64,000 nt of DNA from an uncultured Holophagales bacterium (GTDB taxonomy: Bacteria; Acidobacteriota; Thermoanaerobaculia; Multivoradales; UBA5704), in the NCBI GenBank assembly GCA_963842525.1, contig CAWJGT010000025.1, positions 448,001 to 512,000 on the forward strand, read 5' to 3'. The notes below the pieces were generated by a model. That model saw nothing but the letters and a program-made list of their open reading frames with translations, did not search any database and was not told the origin of the DNA. The translations under genes were made by a program, and so were the position numbers. How positions within the stretch are numbered: position 1 is the first letter of the stretch; each line of letters begins with the position of its first letter. Below, piece by piece: positions 8,578-19,842 of the stretch.

Positions 8578-10197
8578 ATGAGCCAGGAGACCGCCGACGG
8601 CTCCACGGTCGGGTGGTCCGGGACGGGTGCCCTGGGATCTGGACGGTCCTACGAGCGCACCATCGACCGGGTCGCCGCGCTGACCGTGCTCTACCATCCG
8701 GACCTGAGCCGGATCGGGCAGCGCGTCCTTCTGCCCGGGCTCCTGGCCGGGCGCGAGACCCTCCTCAGCCGGTACGAGCCGGAGCTGGCCGCGCCGGGCA
8801 AGCTCACCGGTGAGCCCCTGGCGGACATCTATATCAGCCGGCGCCCGATCGCTCTCAAGCCGGATGGCGGCAGCCTGGAGATCCAGGTCGGTGACAGCCG
8901 GACCGCGGTCGTCGCCCAGGGGATCTCGGTCTTCCAGAGCTGCCGTTTCCCGCGCGAGGAGCTGGAGCGTGGGATCGTGCTCGAGCTGTCCGGCCGGGTG
9001 GTGCTGCTCCTGCACACGATGGAGCCTCCGCCGCTCCGGTTGCCGCCGCAGCTCGGGCTGGTCGGCGACAGCGCGGGCCTGGTGCGGGTGCGGGCCGACG
9101 TGCAGCGGATCGCCGACCTGGAGGTGCCGGTCCTCCTGCGCGGCGAGACGGGCACGGGCAAGGAGCTCGCAGCGCGCGCCATCCACGAGTCGAGCCCGCG
9201 CCGCGAGGCCAGCCTCCTGGCCGTCAATCTGGGGGCCATCCCGGCGTCGCTCTCCGCCTCCGAGCTCTTCGGCGCCGTCAAGGGAGCGTTCACCGGCTCG
9301 GTAGGGATCCAGGAGGGCTACTTCCGCCGCGCCCACGGCGGCACGCTGTTCCTCGACGAGATCGCCGAGGCGCCGCCGGAGGTCCAGGTGATGCTCCTGC
9401 GCGTGGTCGAGGCCGGCGAGATGTACCCGGTCGGGTCGCAGACGCCGGTGCGGGTGGACGTGCGGGTGATCGCCGCCACGGACGCCGATCTGGAGGACCG
9501 GGTGCGCACCGGGGCGTTCCGGGGGCCGCTGCTCCACCGTCTCTCCGGGTACGAGGTCTGGATGCCGCCGCTGCGTGAGCGCCGTGACGACATCGGGCGC
9601 CTGCTGCTCCACTTCCTGCGTGAGGAGCTGCAGCGGATCGGGGAGGAGCACCGCCTCGACATCGAGTCCACGGCCTGCGATCCTCACTGGCTGCCGCCCC
9701 GGCTGGTTGCGCAGCTCGCCCGCTATGACTGGCCGGGCAACGTGCGGCAGCTCCGCAACGTGGTGCGCCAGCTCGTCATCGGCAGCCGCGGCCTCCCCCG
9801 GCTGGAGATCGGCCCCCAGGTCGCCCGGCTGCTGCAGGAGAAGTACGACCCTGTCGTCGAGGGCCTGTCGCCGTCTTCGGCCGAGATCCCGGCGCCGGTG
9901 GTCCAACCCCCCGCCCGGCGCCGGCCGGGCGAGGTCGCGGAAGAGGAGCTCGTCACGGCGCTGCGGGCCAACCGCTGGGACGTGAAGGCCACGGCGGAAA
10001 CCCTCCGCGTTTCGCGTACCTCGCTGTATGCCCTGATGGAGAGCTGTCCTCGCATCCGGAGGATTTCGGACCTCTCCCGGGAGGAGATCACGCGCTGCCA
10101 CGAGGACTGTGGCGGCGACGTGGACGCGATGGTCGAGCGCCTGGAGGTCTCGAAGCGTGCCCTCGGCCGCAGGCTGCGGGAGCTCGGGCTGGCCTGA
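8578..10197 (+). CDS. Sigma54-dependent enhancer-binding protein with degenerate FHA-like N-terminus and tandem C-terminal HTH
   Basis: GETGTGKE, ELFG..KGAFTGS, LFLDEI, WPGNVRQL; no receiver domain. Confidence 0.92.
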   Translation: MSQETADGSTVGWSGTGALGSGRSYERTIDRVAALTVLYHPDLSRIGQRVLLPGLLAGRETLLSRYEPELAAPGKLTGEPLADIYISRRPIALKPDGGSLEIQVGDSRTAVVAQGISVFQSCRFPREELERGIVLELSGRVVLLLHTMEPPPLRLPPQLGLVGDSAGLVRVRADVQRIADLEVPVLLRGETGTGKELAARAIHESSPRREASLLAVNLGAIPASLSASELFGAVKGAFTGSVGIQEGYFRRAHGGTLFLDEIAEAPPEVQVMLLRVVEAGEMYPVGSQTPVRVDVRVIAATDADLEDRVRTGAFRGPLLHRLSGYEVWMPPLRERRDDIGRLLLHFLREELQRIGEEHRLDIESTACDPHWLPPRLVAQLARYDWPGNVRQLRNVVRQLVIGSRGLPRLEIGPQVARLLQEKYDPVVEGLSPSSAEIPAPVVQPPARRRPGEVAEEELVTALRANRWDVKATAETLRVSRTSLYALMESCPRIRRISDLSREEITRCHEDCGGDVDAMVERLEVSKRALGRRLRELGLA

Positions 10198-10215
10198 GGT
10201 AAGCTCTCCGGGAGG

Positions 10216-12870
10216 TTGTCCTTGAGCCCGGAATCATCGGCGCATCCCGACAGGATCGGTCCCTACCGCATCGTACGACGGTTGGGGGCCGGCGGCATGG
10301 GGGAGGTGTTCCTCGCCTTTGACGACCGGCTCGACCGGCGGGTGGCGGTCAAGCGGATCCGCCCGGAAGCCAGAGCCAACCTCGAGCGCCGCGAGCGGCT
10401 CCGGCGGGAGGCCCGGGTCGCGGCCCGGCTCAACCACACCTCGATCGTCCAGGTCTACGACATCCTCCACGAGGAGGACAGCGACTACATCGTCATGGAG
10501 TACGTGGAGGGGAGGAACCTCCGCGAGCTGATCGAGAACGGGGCCGTTCCCCTCCGGGACGCCCTGGAGCTGGCCCGGGAGCTGGCCGACGGCCTCGACG
10601 CGGCCCACCGGCTGGGGATCGTCCACCGGGACTTCAAGACGGAGAACGTCCTCGTCACGGCCGCGGGCCGGGCGAAGATCACCGACTTCGGCATCGCCAA
10701 GCAGCTCCTGGGAGACGAGGAGGAGTCGCTGACCCGGGGCAACGTCGTCCTCGGCACCTACCGGTCCATGTCGCCCGAGCAGGCGCGCGGCGAGCCGGTG
10801 GACCACCGGACCGACCTGTTCTCCTTCGGCGTCCTGCTCTACGAGCTCTTCACCGGCCGCTCTCCCTTCCAGGCCGAGAACTCGCTGGCTACCCTGAACC
10901 AGGTCATCCACGTCCGCCAGAAGCCGGTCTGCGAGCTGGTCCCGGCGGTCCCGGCCGAGGTCTCGGACCTCGTGGACCACCTGCTGGAGAAGGACCCGCT
11001 CCTGCGCCCGCAGAGCGCCGGGCAGGTGCGGCGGGAGCTGGACCGGTTCGTCCAGGCCACCGCGGAGCTCGCGGAGACCGCGATGACGATGATCGAGCCT
11101 GCCGGCTCGAGGCGTGCGACCGGTGTTGGGAGCAGTGGGAGCCGGACGCGCCCCTCGTCGAGCGGCATCCCGCCGCGGCCGGACTCCGCGCTCACCACGC
11201 TCAAGGGCCGCCCGCGGCGCGCCCTCTGGGTCGTCGCGGCCCTGGTGCTCCTCGGGATTGCCGCCGGGGCGGCTTATTTCGCGCTACGGCCGCCTCGGCC
11301 TCCGCTGTACGTGGGGGTCCTCCGTCCGGAGGTTGGGGCCGGCGGCGGTGCCCCCGAGACCGAGCTGCTGTCCTCCGGAGTTCGGGTGGCATTGCTGCGG
11401 GCGCTGGTGTCTCTGGAGGGCATCTCACCGAAAGAGCTGGACGAGATCGACGCGGCGCCAGGGTCTCCACAGCAGGTGGCGCGGGAGGTGGCGGCCGATG
11501 AGATCGTCAGCTCTCGTCTCGACTGCCGGCCCGACGCCTGCCGGGTCGCGGTCAAACGGATCCGGGGGCGGGATGGAAGCGTGCTCTGGGCCGACAGCCT
11601 CGAGGTGCCGACCGACGACTTCTCGGTGGCGGCCAGCGCGGTCACCCGTCAGCTCCGTCTGGCCTATGCCGACCGGAAGACGCGCCGTGGCATCCCCGAT
11701 CTCGCCGTCGGCAGTGGAGATCTCAAGGAGCTCCTGCGGTTGCGGCGCCGGTTCGAGTCCCGCGGAGAAGCCTCCCTCGACCCGATCCTGGACGGACTGG
11801 AGGCCATCCGCGAGAGGTCTCCGGGTTTCCTCGACGCCTATCTGCTGGAGGCCAGGGCCGTGCTCTTCCGCTTCTGGGAGTCCCGGGATCCCGCGGACCT
11901 CCAACGCGGGTTCCGGCTCGCGCAGGATGCGCGGAAGCTCGCACCGGGAGATCCGCAGCCGCTCCTCGTCCTCGTCGAGCTCGCGCTGGCCGCCAACGAC
12001 CTCGAGCTGGCGAAGGACACCCTGGAGGAGCTCGAGCGTCTCGTGCCGGGCGACGTCCGGGTCCTGGAAAGGCGCGCCCGGTATCTGAACGCTCGCGGCA
12101 GGACGGAGGAGGCCCTCGAGCTCCTCCGCGAGACGGCCCGCGTCCACCCGTCGACCAACCGCCTGCGCAACCTGGCTCAGATGGAGTTCCAGCAGGGGCA
12201 GATCGCGCAGGCGCGGGAGCACCTGCAGCTCCTCCTGCAGCGTTCGCCGGCCGACAGCGGCGGCCTCAATCTCCTGGCCACGATCGAGCTCTCGAATGGC
12301 GACCCCCGGCGCGCGGCCGAGCTCTTCGGAGCTCTCGTCCAGCGCTCGCCGACTCCGGCCCGGCTGGCGAACCTGGCTCTCTCCTACTGCTTCCTCGGCC
12401 GCTATGCCGACGCCGTCGCGACCTATCGCCGCATCGTCGAGAAGGAGCCGCGCAACCCTCTCTATGCGCTCAACCTGGCCGACGCGTATTCCCTCCAGGG
12501 CCAGAAGGCCGAAGCGGACGCCCTGTACCGGAGGGTCCTGGAGCTGATCACGGCCGATCCCGCAGCCTCGGGCCCGCAGTTCCTCACCGCCAAGGCTCAG
12601 GCCCTGGCCCATCTCGGCCAAGGCCCGGACGCCGTAGCAGCGGTCCAGGAAGCGCTCCGGCTCGCCCCGAACGATGGTCCGGTGGCCTACGAGGGGGCCG
12701 TGGTCTACGCCCTCCTGGGAGAGAGCTCCTCGGCGCTCGTCAACGCCGAGAAGGCCCTGAAGCTCGGCATGCAGCCGCGATGGTTCTCCTTCCCCTGGTT
12801 CGACTCCTTACGGGGCAACCCCGCCTTCCAGAAGCTGCTTGCCGGATCAGAGCGCCCTGCTTCCTCCTAG
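10216..12870 (+). CDS. Membrane Ser/Thr protein kinase with C-terminal TPR repeats
   Basis: LGAGGMGEV, HRDFKTEN, DFGIAK, MSPEQ; TM WVVAALVLLGIAAGAAYF; helical repeats. Confidence 0.93.
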   Translation: MSLSPESSAHPDRIGPYRIVRRLGAGGMGEVFLAFDDRLDRRVAVKRIRPEARANLERRERLRREARVAARLNHTSIVQVYDILHEEDSDYIVMEYVEGRNLRELIENGAVPLRDALELARELADGLDAAHRLGIVHRDFKTENVLVTAAGRAKITDFGIAKQLLGDEEESLTRGNVVLGTYRSMSPEQARGEPVDHRTDLFSFGVLLYELFTGRSPFQAENSLATLNQVIHVRQKPVCELVPAVPAEVSDLVDHLLEKDPLLRPQSAGQVRRELDRFVQATAELAETAMTMIEPAGSRRATGVGSSGSRTRPSSSGIPPRPDSALTTLKGRPRRALWVVAALVLLGIAAGAAYFALRPPRPPLYVGVLRPEVGAGGGAPETELLSSGVRVALLRALVSLEGISPKELDEIDAAPGSPQQVAREVAADEIVSSRLDCRPDACRVAVKRIRGRDGSVLWADSLEVPTDDFSVAASAVTRQLRLAYADRKTRRGIPDLAVGSGDLKELLRLRRRFESRGEASLDPILDGLEAIRERSPGFLDAYLLEARAVLFRFWESRDPADLQRGFRLAQDARKLAPGDPQPLLVLVELALAANDLELAKDTLEELERLVPGDVRVLERRARYLNARGRTEEALELLRETARVHPSTNRLRNLAQMEFQQGQIAQAREHLQLLLQRSPADSGGLNLLATIELSNGDPRRAAELFGALVQRSPTPARLANLALSYCFLGRYADAVATYRRIVEKEPRNPLYALNLADAYSLQGQKAEADALYRRVLELITADPAASGPQFLTAKAQALAHLGQGPDAVAAVQEALRLAPNDGPVAYEGAVVYALLGESSSALVNAEKALKLGMQPRWFSFPWFDSLRGNPAFQKLLAGSERPASS

Positions 12871-13313
12871 CCGCCCGGCGGCTCGTAGATGATCGTCGGA
12901 TCGTGGGGCTCGTCCATTCCAGTGGGACCGACACAGAGCAGTGTGTAGTTGTTGGCCTGCACCTTGGCGCCCAGCGGCAGCCCGTTCAACGTGGGGATCG
13001 CAGCGGTCGTGAGCGACGTCCGCGACAAGCCGATGTAGGTGCTCATCTCGGGTTCGAAGGCGATCGCCAGGTTCTTGAACGAGGCGCCGGCAGTCACGAT
13101 GGTGAAGTTGACCTGGAAATATCCAGACGGGATCGAGAGTGCGCCGGTTTCCGCATCGAACGTGACTCCGTAGGGAAAAGGCCCTCCCTGGCTGAGCTGG
13201 ACTTTGTCCTCGCCGAGCACTGTGACATCGATTGGAATCGGGAGCGGCGGTGTGTCTACGAGCGAGAGGGTTTGCCGCTCCTCTGCTTCCAAGAGCGCGA
13301 CCTGAGTCGTCAT
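12867..13313 (-). CDS. Small beta-rich protein with C-terminal DPxI motif (DP-EP/AidA-PixA-like)
   Basis: 148 aa, RBS AAGGAGGAG, lower GC, ends HDPTIIYEPPGG. Family link is inferred from the motif only. Confidence 0.65.
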   Translation of the reverse strand: MTTQVALLEAEERQTLSLVDTPPLPIPIDVTVLGEDKVQLSQGGPFPYGVTFDAETGALSIPSGYFQVNFTIVTAGASFKNLAIAFEPEMSTYIGLSRTSLTTAAIPTLNGLPLGAKVQANNYTLLCVGPTGMDEPHDPTIIYEPPGG

Positions 13314-13346
13314 CGTTTTCTCCTCCTTCTGGATACCCTGGATAGC

Positions 13347-13361
13347 GCAAGGGTCATGCCA
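13347..13361 (-). promoter_or_regulatory. Sigma54 -24/-12 promoter
   Basis: Minus strand TGGCATGACCCTTGC, exact GG-N10-GC, 33 bp upstream of ATG 13313. Confidence 0.8.
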
Positions 13362-13420
13362 CCGGAGCTGGCAGGCCGCACAGGCGGGAAACGCCCTCAG
13401 AGCCGGTGATTCCAGAGGGA

Positions 13421-13477
13421 GCTGACGTGTCGGCGGCGTGTCGGTTGCCGCGCCGACATGTCGGAGGGTGTGTCAGA
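13421..13477. promoter_or_regulatory. Candidate enhancer (UAS) repeats
   Basis: Clustered TGTCGG/CCGACA half-sites including perfect palindrome CCGACATGTCGG, 60-115 bp upstream of the sigma54 site. Confidence 0.55.
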
Positions 13478-13528
13478 AACGGTGGAAATGCGGAGGCGTC
13501 CGCGGCTCGGACGCCTCCGGGGAGTGGC

Positions 13529-15115
<1,587 letters not shown>

Positions 15116-15333
15116 TCGTTACGTCGAGCCTTTCCGAGGATCCCCGGACGCAGGGGGAACACTCTTCAATTGTTCCGGCGGATCGGTGTGGGAACGGGGG
15201 GCTTGCCGGTGAGGCCGCCGCTCAGGCTCGGGACGAGCCTATCGATCTATGACCGCCGGTGAGCCCGGCGGACAGTGAAGGATCTCACATTCCGGCGGAT
15301 TTGGCAAGTCGGATCCCCGGGATCCCCGGGATT

Positions 15334-15378
15334 CCCCCTCTCCCGCACCCGCGGGAGAGGGGGGCAGGGGGTGAGGGC
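15334..15378. repeat. CCCTCTCCC/GGGAGAGGG REP-like palindrome
   Basis: CCCCCTCTCCCGCACCCGCGGGAGAGGGGGGCAGGGGGTGAGGG; same family as 24784, 29714 and 34076. Confidence 0.7.
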
Positions 15379-15379
15379 C

Positions 15380-17143
15380 CTACTTCGCCGCCTGCTGGGC
15401 CTCCTTGAGCGCCACCTTCTTCGTCACCTTCCCTCCCTTGAGGCTGTCGTACTGGACGGTGACGTCGCCGTCGCCCTCGACGAGGAAGAAGAGGTTGCGG
15501 GTGGAGTAGCCTTCGACGCCGGGCACCAGCAGCCGCTCGGGGCGGTGCTCCTGGAGCTGGATCTGGTCCAGCCAAGGGTTGTTGATCAGGCCGCTCGCCA
15601 CCACCTTGGCGCCGGCCACGGTCGCCAGGTCCTGGCGGTGCAGCCGGTTCTGGACGGCGCGGGCAGTCATGCTCGGAATCGCCCGGTCGTTCAGGACCGG
15701 GACCTCCAGGCGCCACAGCTTCGGACCCACCTTGCGCACCTGGACCTCGCCGATCGAGAGGCGCGGGAGATGATGGGCGTGGAAGAGGACGAAGGCGCTG
15801 TTGCGGTGCATCTCCTCTTCGAGCAGCCAGGTCTCCGGCACGCGGCCGAAGTCCTGGCGGTAGCCACCCACCTCGATACGGCCGTACTGCGGGTGGTCCA
15901 CCGGCTTCCACTCGGAGAACTGCTTCCCCAGGGTCAGGAGGTCGCTGAACTTCAGCAGCTCGGCCTCGGAGATGTCCCCGTCCTTGTCGGTGTCCGCCGG
16001 CACGTCATAGAGCTCGTTGGAGAAGCTCACCGCGCCCACGCTGCCGTAGAAGTGGTCGATGCTGCCGCCGTAGACCGTGTAGAGGTCCTTCCAGAGGATG
16101 AAGTACCGGTAGCCGGGGAGGATCTTCTCCCCCTCCTTGCCGATCAGGTCGTAGGCCGCGAGGTCCGACCCGCTGACGGGCGGCTGGGACTTGGCCCCCG
16201 GAGGCCGCAGGATCATCCGGCCGTTGTTGTGGAAGCTCTGCATGGCCGCGAGGTTCGGGTGCCGTAGCGCCCACAGCGCGATGGAGCGGGTCTCGGGGAT
16301 GTCCAGCGGATATGAGCCCGCACCGTTCTGCACGTAGGCCGGCTCCCAGCCGTAGCCCCAGGTGCGGTTGGGGTCCACATAGCCGACCTCGTCCTCGTTG
16401 ACCCGGCCGTCGTTGTCGTTGTCGATCCCTTCGCCGCCCAGCAGCTCGTAGTCGCCGAGCTCGCCGGGCTCGACTTCGACAACCAGGCGCGGGTCCTTGG
16501 GATCGAGCTTGAAGTCTCCCTGGCCGAGCGGCACCTTCTTGCGCATCTGGGTCAGGACGCCGTCGCCGTCGAGGTCGTCCGGCCCGTCCTCGTTGACCAG
16601 GCCGTCGCGGTCGTCGTCGACCTGCACCATGACGGTGCGCGGGTAGGAGTTGTCCGAGGGGCCCTTGAACCACTGCGCCCGGCCGTCCGGGTTGACGATG
16701 GGCAGGACGTAGAGGACCGCGCGGTCGAGCAGCTCGGTGACCCGTGGCAGCTTGCCGTAGCTCTTGAGGACGAAGTCGACGGTGTAGAGGCAGGCTTCGG
16801 CGCCCTGCACCTCGTTGGCGTGCGTGTTGCCGTCGACGTAGAGGGCCGGCTTCGACAGCTCGTCGCCGGTCGCCGGGTTCTGCAGGGTGAGCACCCACAT
16901 GTCGCGGCCCTGGATGCTCTTGCCGATGCTGTCCAGCCGCGCCCATCCGGGATAGGCGGCGGCGTAGTCCTTGAGGATCTGGGCGATCTCGTCGTAGTCG
17001 TGGAGCCGGTTGAACGTCGGCTGCGGAGCCTTCCCCTTGGGTTGGAGGGGCTGTGCGGCGAACCCGGCCGCTGGAAGGACGGCGGTGGCGAGGGCCAGCG
17101 CCGCGGACGCGAGCGCAGGTGCGAGGATATTGCGCGAAATCAT
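15380..17143 (-). CDS. Secreted M14 zinc carboxypeptidase
   Basis: Signal peptide, GNTHANE (HxxE), NPDG, DPNR, SFHN, DxDxDG Ca-binding loops. Confidence 0.88.
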   Translation of the reverse strand: MISRNILAPALASAALALATAVLPAAGFAAQPLQPKGKAPQPTFNRLHDYDEIAQILKDYAAAYPGWARLDSIGKSIQGRDMWVLTLQNPATGDELSKPALYVDGNTHANEVQGAEACLYTVDFVLKSYGKLPRVTELLDRAVLYVLPIVNPDGRAQWFKGPSDNSYPRTVMVQVDDDRDGLVNEDGPDDLDGDGVLTQMRKKVPLGQGDFKLDPKDPRLVVEVEPGELGDYELLGGEGIDNDNDGRVNEDEVGYVDPNRTWGYGWEPAYVQNGAGSYPLDIPETRSIALWALRHPNLAAMQSFHNNGRMILRPPGAKSQPPVSGSDLAAYDLIGKEGEKILPGYRYFILWKDLYTVYGGSIDHFYGSVGAVSFSNELYDVPADTDKDGDISEAELLKFSDLLTLGKQFSEWKPVDHPQYGRIEVGGYRQDFGRVPETWLLEEEMHRNSAFVLFHAHHLPRLSIGEVQVRKVGPKLWRLEVPVLNDRAIPSMTARAVQNRLHRQDLATVAGAKVVASGLINNPWLDQIQLQEHRPERLLVPGVEGYSTRNLFFLVEGDGDVTVQYDSLKGGKVTKKVALKEAQQAAK

Positions 17144-17147
17144 GGCT

Positions 17148-19232
17148 TCAGGCTCCCTTTCCCAGGGTGATGGTCTTTTCGCCGCGTCCGGCTTGATCGG
17201 AGAGCGCCCGGACGACGATCCGGGTGCCCGGCTCGGCACGCACCAGCCACTCGGCCTCGATCCGGCCGGACGTGCCATCCAGACGCTCGGAAGCGACCGC
17301 CGGCCGGCCGGTGATCAGCTCGACGCCCTTGCCGGTCTCCAGGGACAGCCGCACGGGACGGTGAAAGCGGCCCCGCTCGTCCATCTTGGTGTGGGTGGCG
17401 AGCCAGCCGCCGTTGCCGGCCACGGCCCGCACGCGCCAGACGCCGCCGCCCAGGGGCATGGCCTCCAGCGAGACGACCTCCAGCCGTGCCAGCTTGCCCG
17501 CCAGGTCGAGCACCGTGTCGGTGTGCGCTTCCAGGGCCGGCTTCAGGGCCGCCATCGGTGGCGCGACCTCGATGAAGGGATCGAGCCCGCCGGCCTCGGC
17601 CTTCGTGCCGTCCGGCAGGGTGACCGACTTCCAGGGAGTGAACGCCTCGGGCGCGTTCTTTTCGACCCAGGCGAGGACCTCGCGGTCGCGCTCATTGCCT
17701 GAATCGCCCTTGTCTCCGCCGCCTCCGCCCGCGCTCCCCCCGCCCATCTGGCGGATGCGCTCGACCATGGCCTTCGGGTCGACCTGGCCTCCCTTCATGA
17801 GCTCGACGACCCGCTGGGCGCTGAACTGGGCCGGCACCTTGTTGTCCTTGAGGAAGGTGGCGATCTTCTCCTCGCCGAGGGCGAGGAAGTCGTCCTTGCT
17901 CATAGCCGCCACCTTGTCGAGCGTCAGGGCGTCGCCGCTTCCCGCCTCGGCCTTCTTCTCGGCCTTGGGGACCCCCCAGACGTCGAGCTCCACTGCCATG
18001 GCGCCGTACTGGTAGTAGAGCCAGGGGGTGAAGCCGCCCTTGGCGTACTGGGCTGCCTGACGATCGGCCGACAGGCCGGCCTTCTTCAGACGCTCTTTGT
18101 ACCCCTCGGCCGCCTTCTCGAGATAGGCCTGGTCGGCCGGATCGACCTTGGTGGCGGCCCCGGCGCCGAGGAACTGGCCGACCTGCTCCTTGGTGACGTT
18201 GTTCTGCTTGACGAAGGGGAGGTTCTGGACCACCTCCCAGACCTGGTCCAGGGTGTACTCCTGCTCGGGATCGAGCCCCATGAACCGGGCCTGCTGCTCC
18301 GGCACCTTGAACTTCTGCGTCCCCAGGTCGCCGCCGCCGCCCAGGCTCTGCGGCATGGCCAGCAGGTTGTTGGCCGGGCCGTAGACCACGGCAAGGGCGA
18401 CGTTGCGGCGGCCGAGCAGGAAGTCCATGACAGCCCTGGACTCGGGCGCGTAGCTCGGCCAGGGGCCGGCCTCGGGGTCGGGATAGGGGAAGGCGTGGGC
18501 GAAGTTGCGGTCAGGCCAGACGCCGTCGGGGCCGTCCTCGTTCCAGGCGCCGTCGCGGTCGTCGTCCTTCCCTTCGGTCTCGATCCGGAACGCGCCCGGC
18601 CGCTCCTTCATGCCGTCGGCGCGGATCATCAGGCGGGGCTCGCCGGGATCGGGCAGCCAGCCGCCCGTGGCGTCGGGGATGCGCAGCCGGGAGATGATGC
18701 CGTCACCGTTCAGGTCGTCCGGCCCGTCCTCGCCTTCGAAGCCGTCGCGGTCGTGGTCGAGCTTGCCGCCATTGCCATTGCGACGTGCGCGCGGGGTGGA
18801 AAAAAGGCCGTCGTGGGCATCCGGGTTGAGCGCCGGGGCGATGTAGAACGTGCGCTCCTGGAGGAGCTTTTTGTCCCCGGCGAGCAGCTTGTCGATCAGA
18901 TGGAGCGCGGCTTCGGTCCCCGTGTTGTGCCAGCCTGCGAGATTGGCGCCGACGAAGACCGCCGGCCGCTCCTCGGGCGGGACCTGGCCAGGGGCGGCGA
19001 CCTGGGCCACCCAGATCGTCCGGCCGCCGGCCGATTTGCCGATGTCGACCAGCTTCAGCTCGGGATGGGAGCCGCTCCAGCCGCGGAGCTGCTGCTCGAC
19101 CTCGGCGAAGCGATGGTAGTCCTCATAGCTCACCGCGGCGCGGGCGGGCGCCCCCGCGGCCAGCAGGCCGAGAGCGGCGACCGCAATGACAGCGGCGCGC
19201 GCGGCGCGCAGGCGTGTAAAAGGGCCTTTCAA
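17148..19232 (-). CDS. Secreted M14-like protein with degenerate zinc ligands
   Basis: TTG start after GGAGGAGG; IGKSAGGR, NPDA, DRNF, DxDxDG loops; HxxE position reads LAGW. Confidence 0.8.
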   Translation of the reverse strand: MKGPFTRLRAARAAVIAVAALGLLAAGAPARAAVSYEDYHRFAEVEQQLRGWSGSHPELKLVDIGKSAGGRTIWVAQVAAPGQVPPEERPAVFVGANLAGWHNTGTEAALHLIDKLLAGDKKLLQERTFYIAPALNPDAHDGLFSTPRARRNGNGGKLDHDRDGFEGEDGPDDLNGDGIISRLRIPDATGGWLPDPGEPRLMIRADGMKERPGAFRIETEGKDDDRDGAWNEDGPDGVWPDRNFAHAFPYPDPEAGPWPSYAPESRAVMDFLLGRRNVALAVVYGPANNLLAMPQSLGGGGDLGTQKFKVPEQQARFMGLDPEQEYTLDQVWEVVQNLPFVKQNNVTKEQVGQFLGAGAATKVDPADQAYLEKAAEGYKERLKKAGLSADRQAAQYAKGGFTPWLYYQYGAMAVELDVWGVPKAEKKAEAGSGDALTLDKVAAMSKDDFLALGEEKIATFLKDNKVPAQFSAQRVVELMKGGQVDPKAMVERIRQMGGGSAGGGGGDKGDSGNERDREVLAWVEKNAPEAFTPWKSVTLPDGTKAEAGGLDPFIEVAPPMAALKPALEAHTDTVLDLAGKLARLEVVSLEAMPLGGGVWRVRAVAGNGGWLATHTKMDERGRFHRPVRLSLETGKGVELITGRPAVASERLDGTSGRIEAEWLVRAEPGTRIVVRALSDQAGRGEKTITLGKGA

Positions 19233-19389
19233 CGTGCACCTCCTCCATTCGGGAAGCCCCTTCGAGTCCGGGGCGATAGATGGGGCTTCCACTATACGTT
19301 GAAGGAGGCGGAAAGTTGCAGGAAAGAGATCAAAACACGACGGGCGGGGAAGATCCCCGCCCGTAGATCGGATCGGAAAGGCCGAGGCC

Positions 19390-19671
19390 TTATTGCGGCG
19401 GCTTCTGCTCGGACGGGGGGTCCTGGTCGCCGTCGCGCGGCGGCTCGACGGTGATCTTGGGCACCTCGATCTCGCGCTTCTCGGTGGTGACGTCCACATC
19501 TGCGGCGTCGACGTCGTACTCGGGTACCTTGCCGCCCTCGACCGAAACGTCGACATCGGGCACTTCGCCTTCCTGGGTCTGGCGGACCCGGCAGGCGCCG
19601 GAGACGCTCGCCACGAAGAGGGCGAGCAGCAGGATCAGGGACTTCCAGGCCGACTTCTTGGACAGGTTCAT
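19390..19671 (-). CDS. Small acidic lipoprotein
   Basis: RBS AAGGAGG, lipobox-like VSGAC, EGEVPDVDV..GGKVPEYDVD. Confidence 0.75.
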   Translation of the reverse strand: MNLSKKSAWKSLILLLALFVASVSGACRVRQTQEGEVPDVDVSVEGGKVPEYDVDAADVDVTTEKREIEVPKITVEPPRDGDQDPPSEQKPPQ

Positions 19672-19802
19672 GATGTCCTCCTTGGTCTTTTCCTGAGGTG
19701 TTGTTCCCTCGTTTCCTTCTCGCTTTTCGTCCCCTCTGAGCGGCCCCACACACATCCCGGATTTGCTCTTGTCAGGGGGTACTGCTTCGGTCCTGAGTCC
19801 AC

Positions 19803-19818
19803 TGCAAGGGCCGTTCCA
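19803..19818 (-). promoter_or_regulatory. Sigma54 promoter
   Basis: Minus strand TGGAACGGCCCTTGCA (GG-N10-GC) upstream of the lipoprotein. Confidence 0.7.
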
Positions 19819-19842
19819 ACTCCGGGTCTGTGAGGCCAGGCG

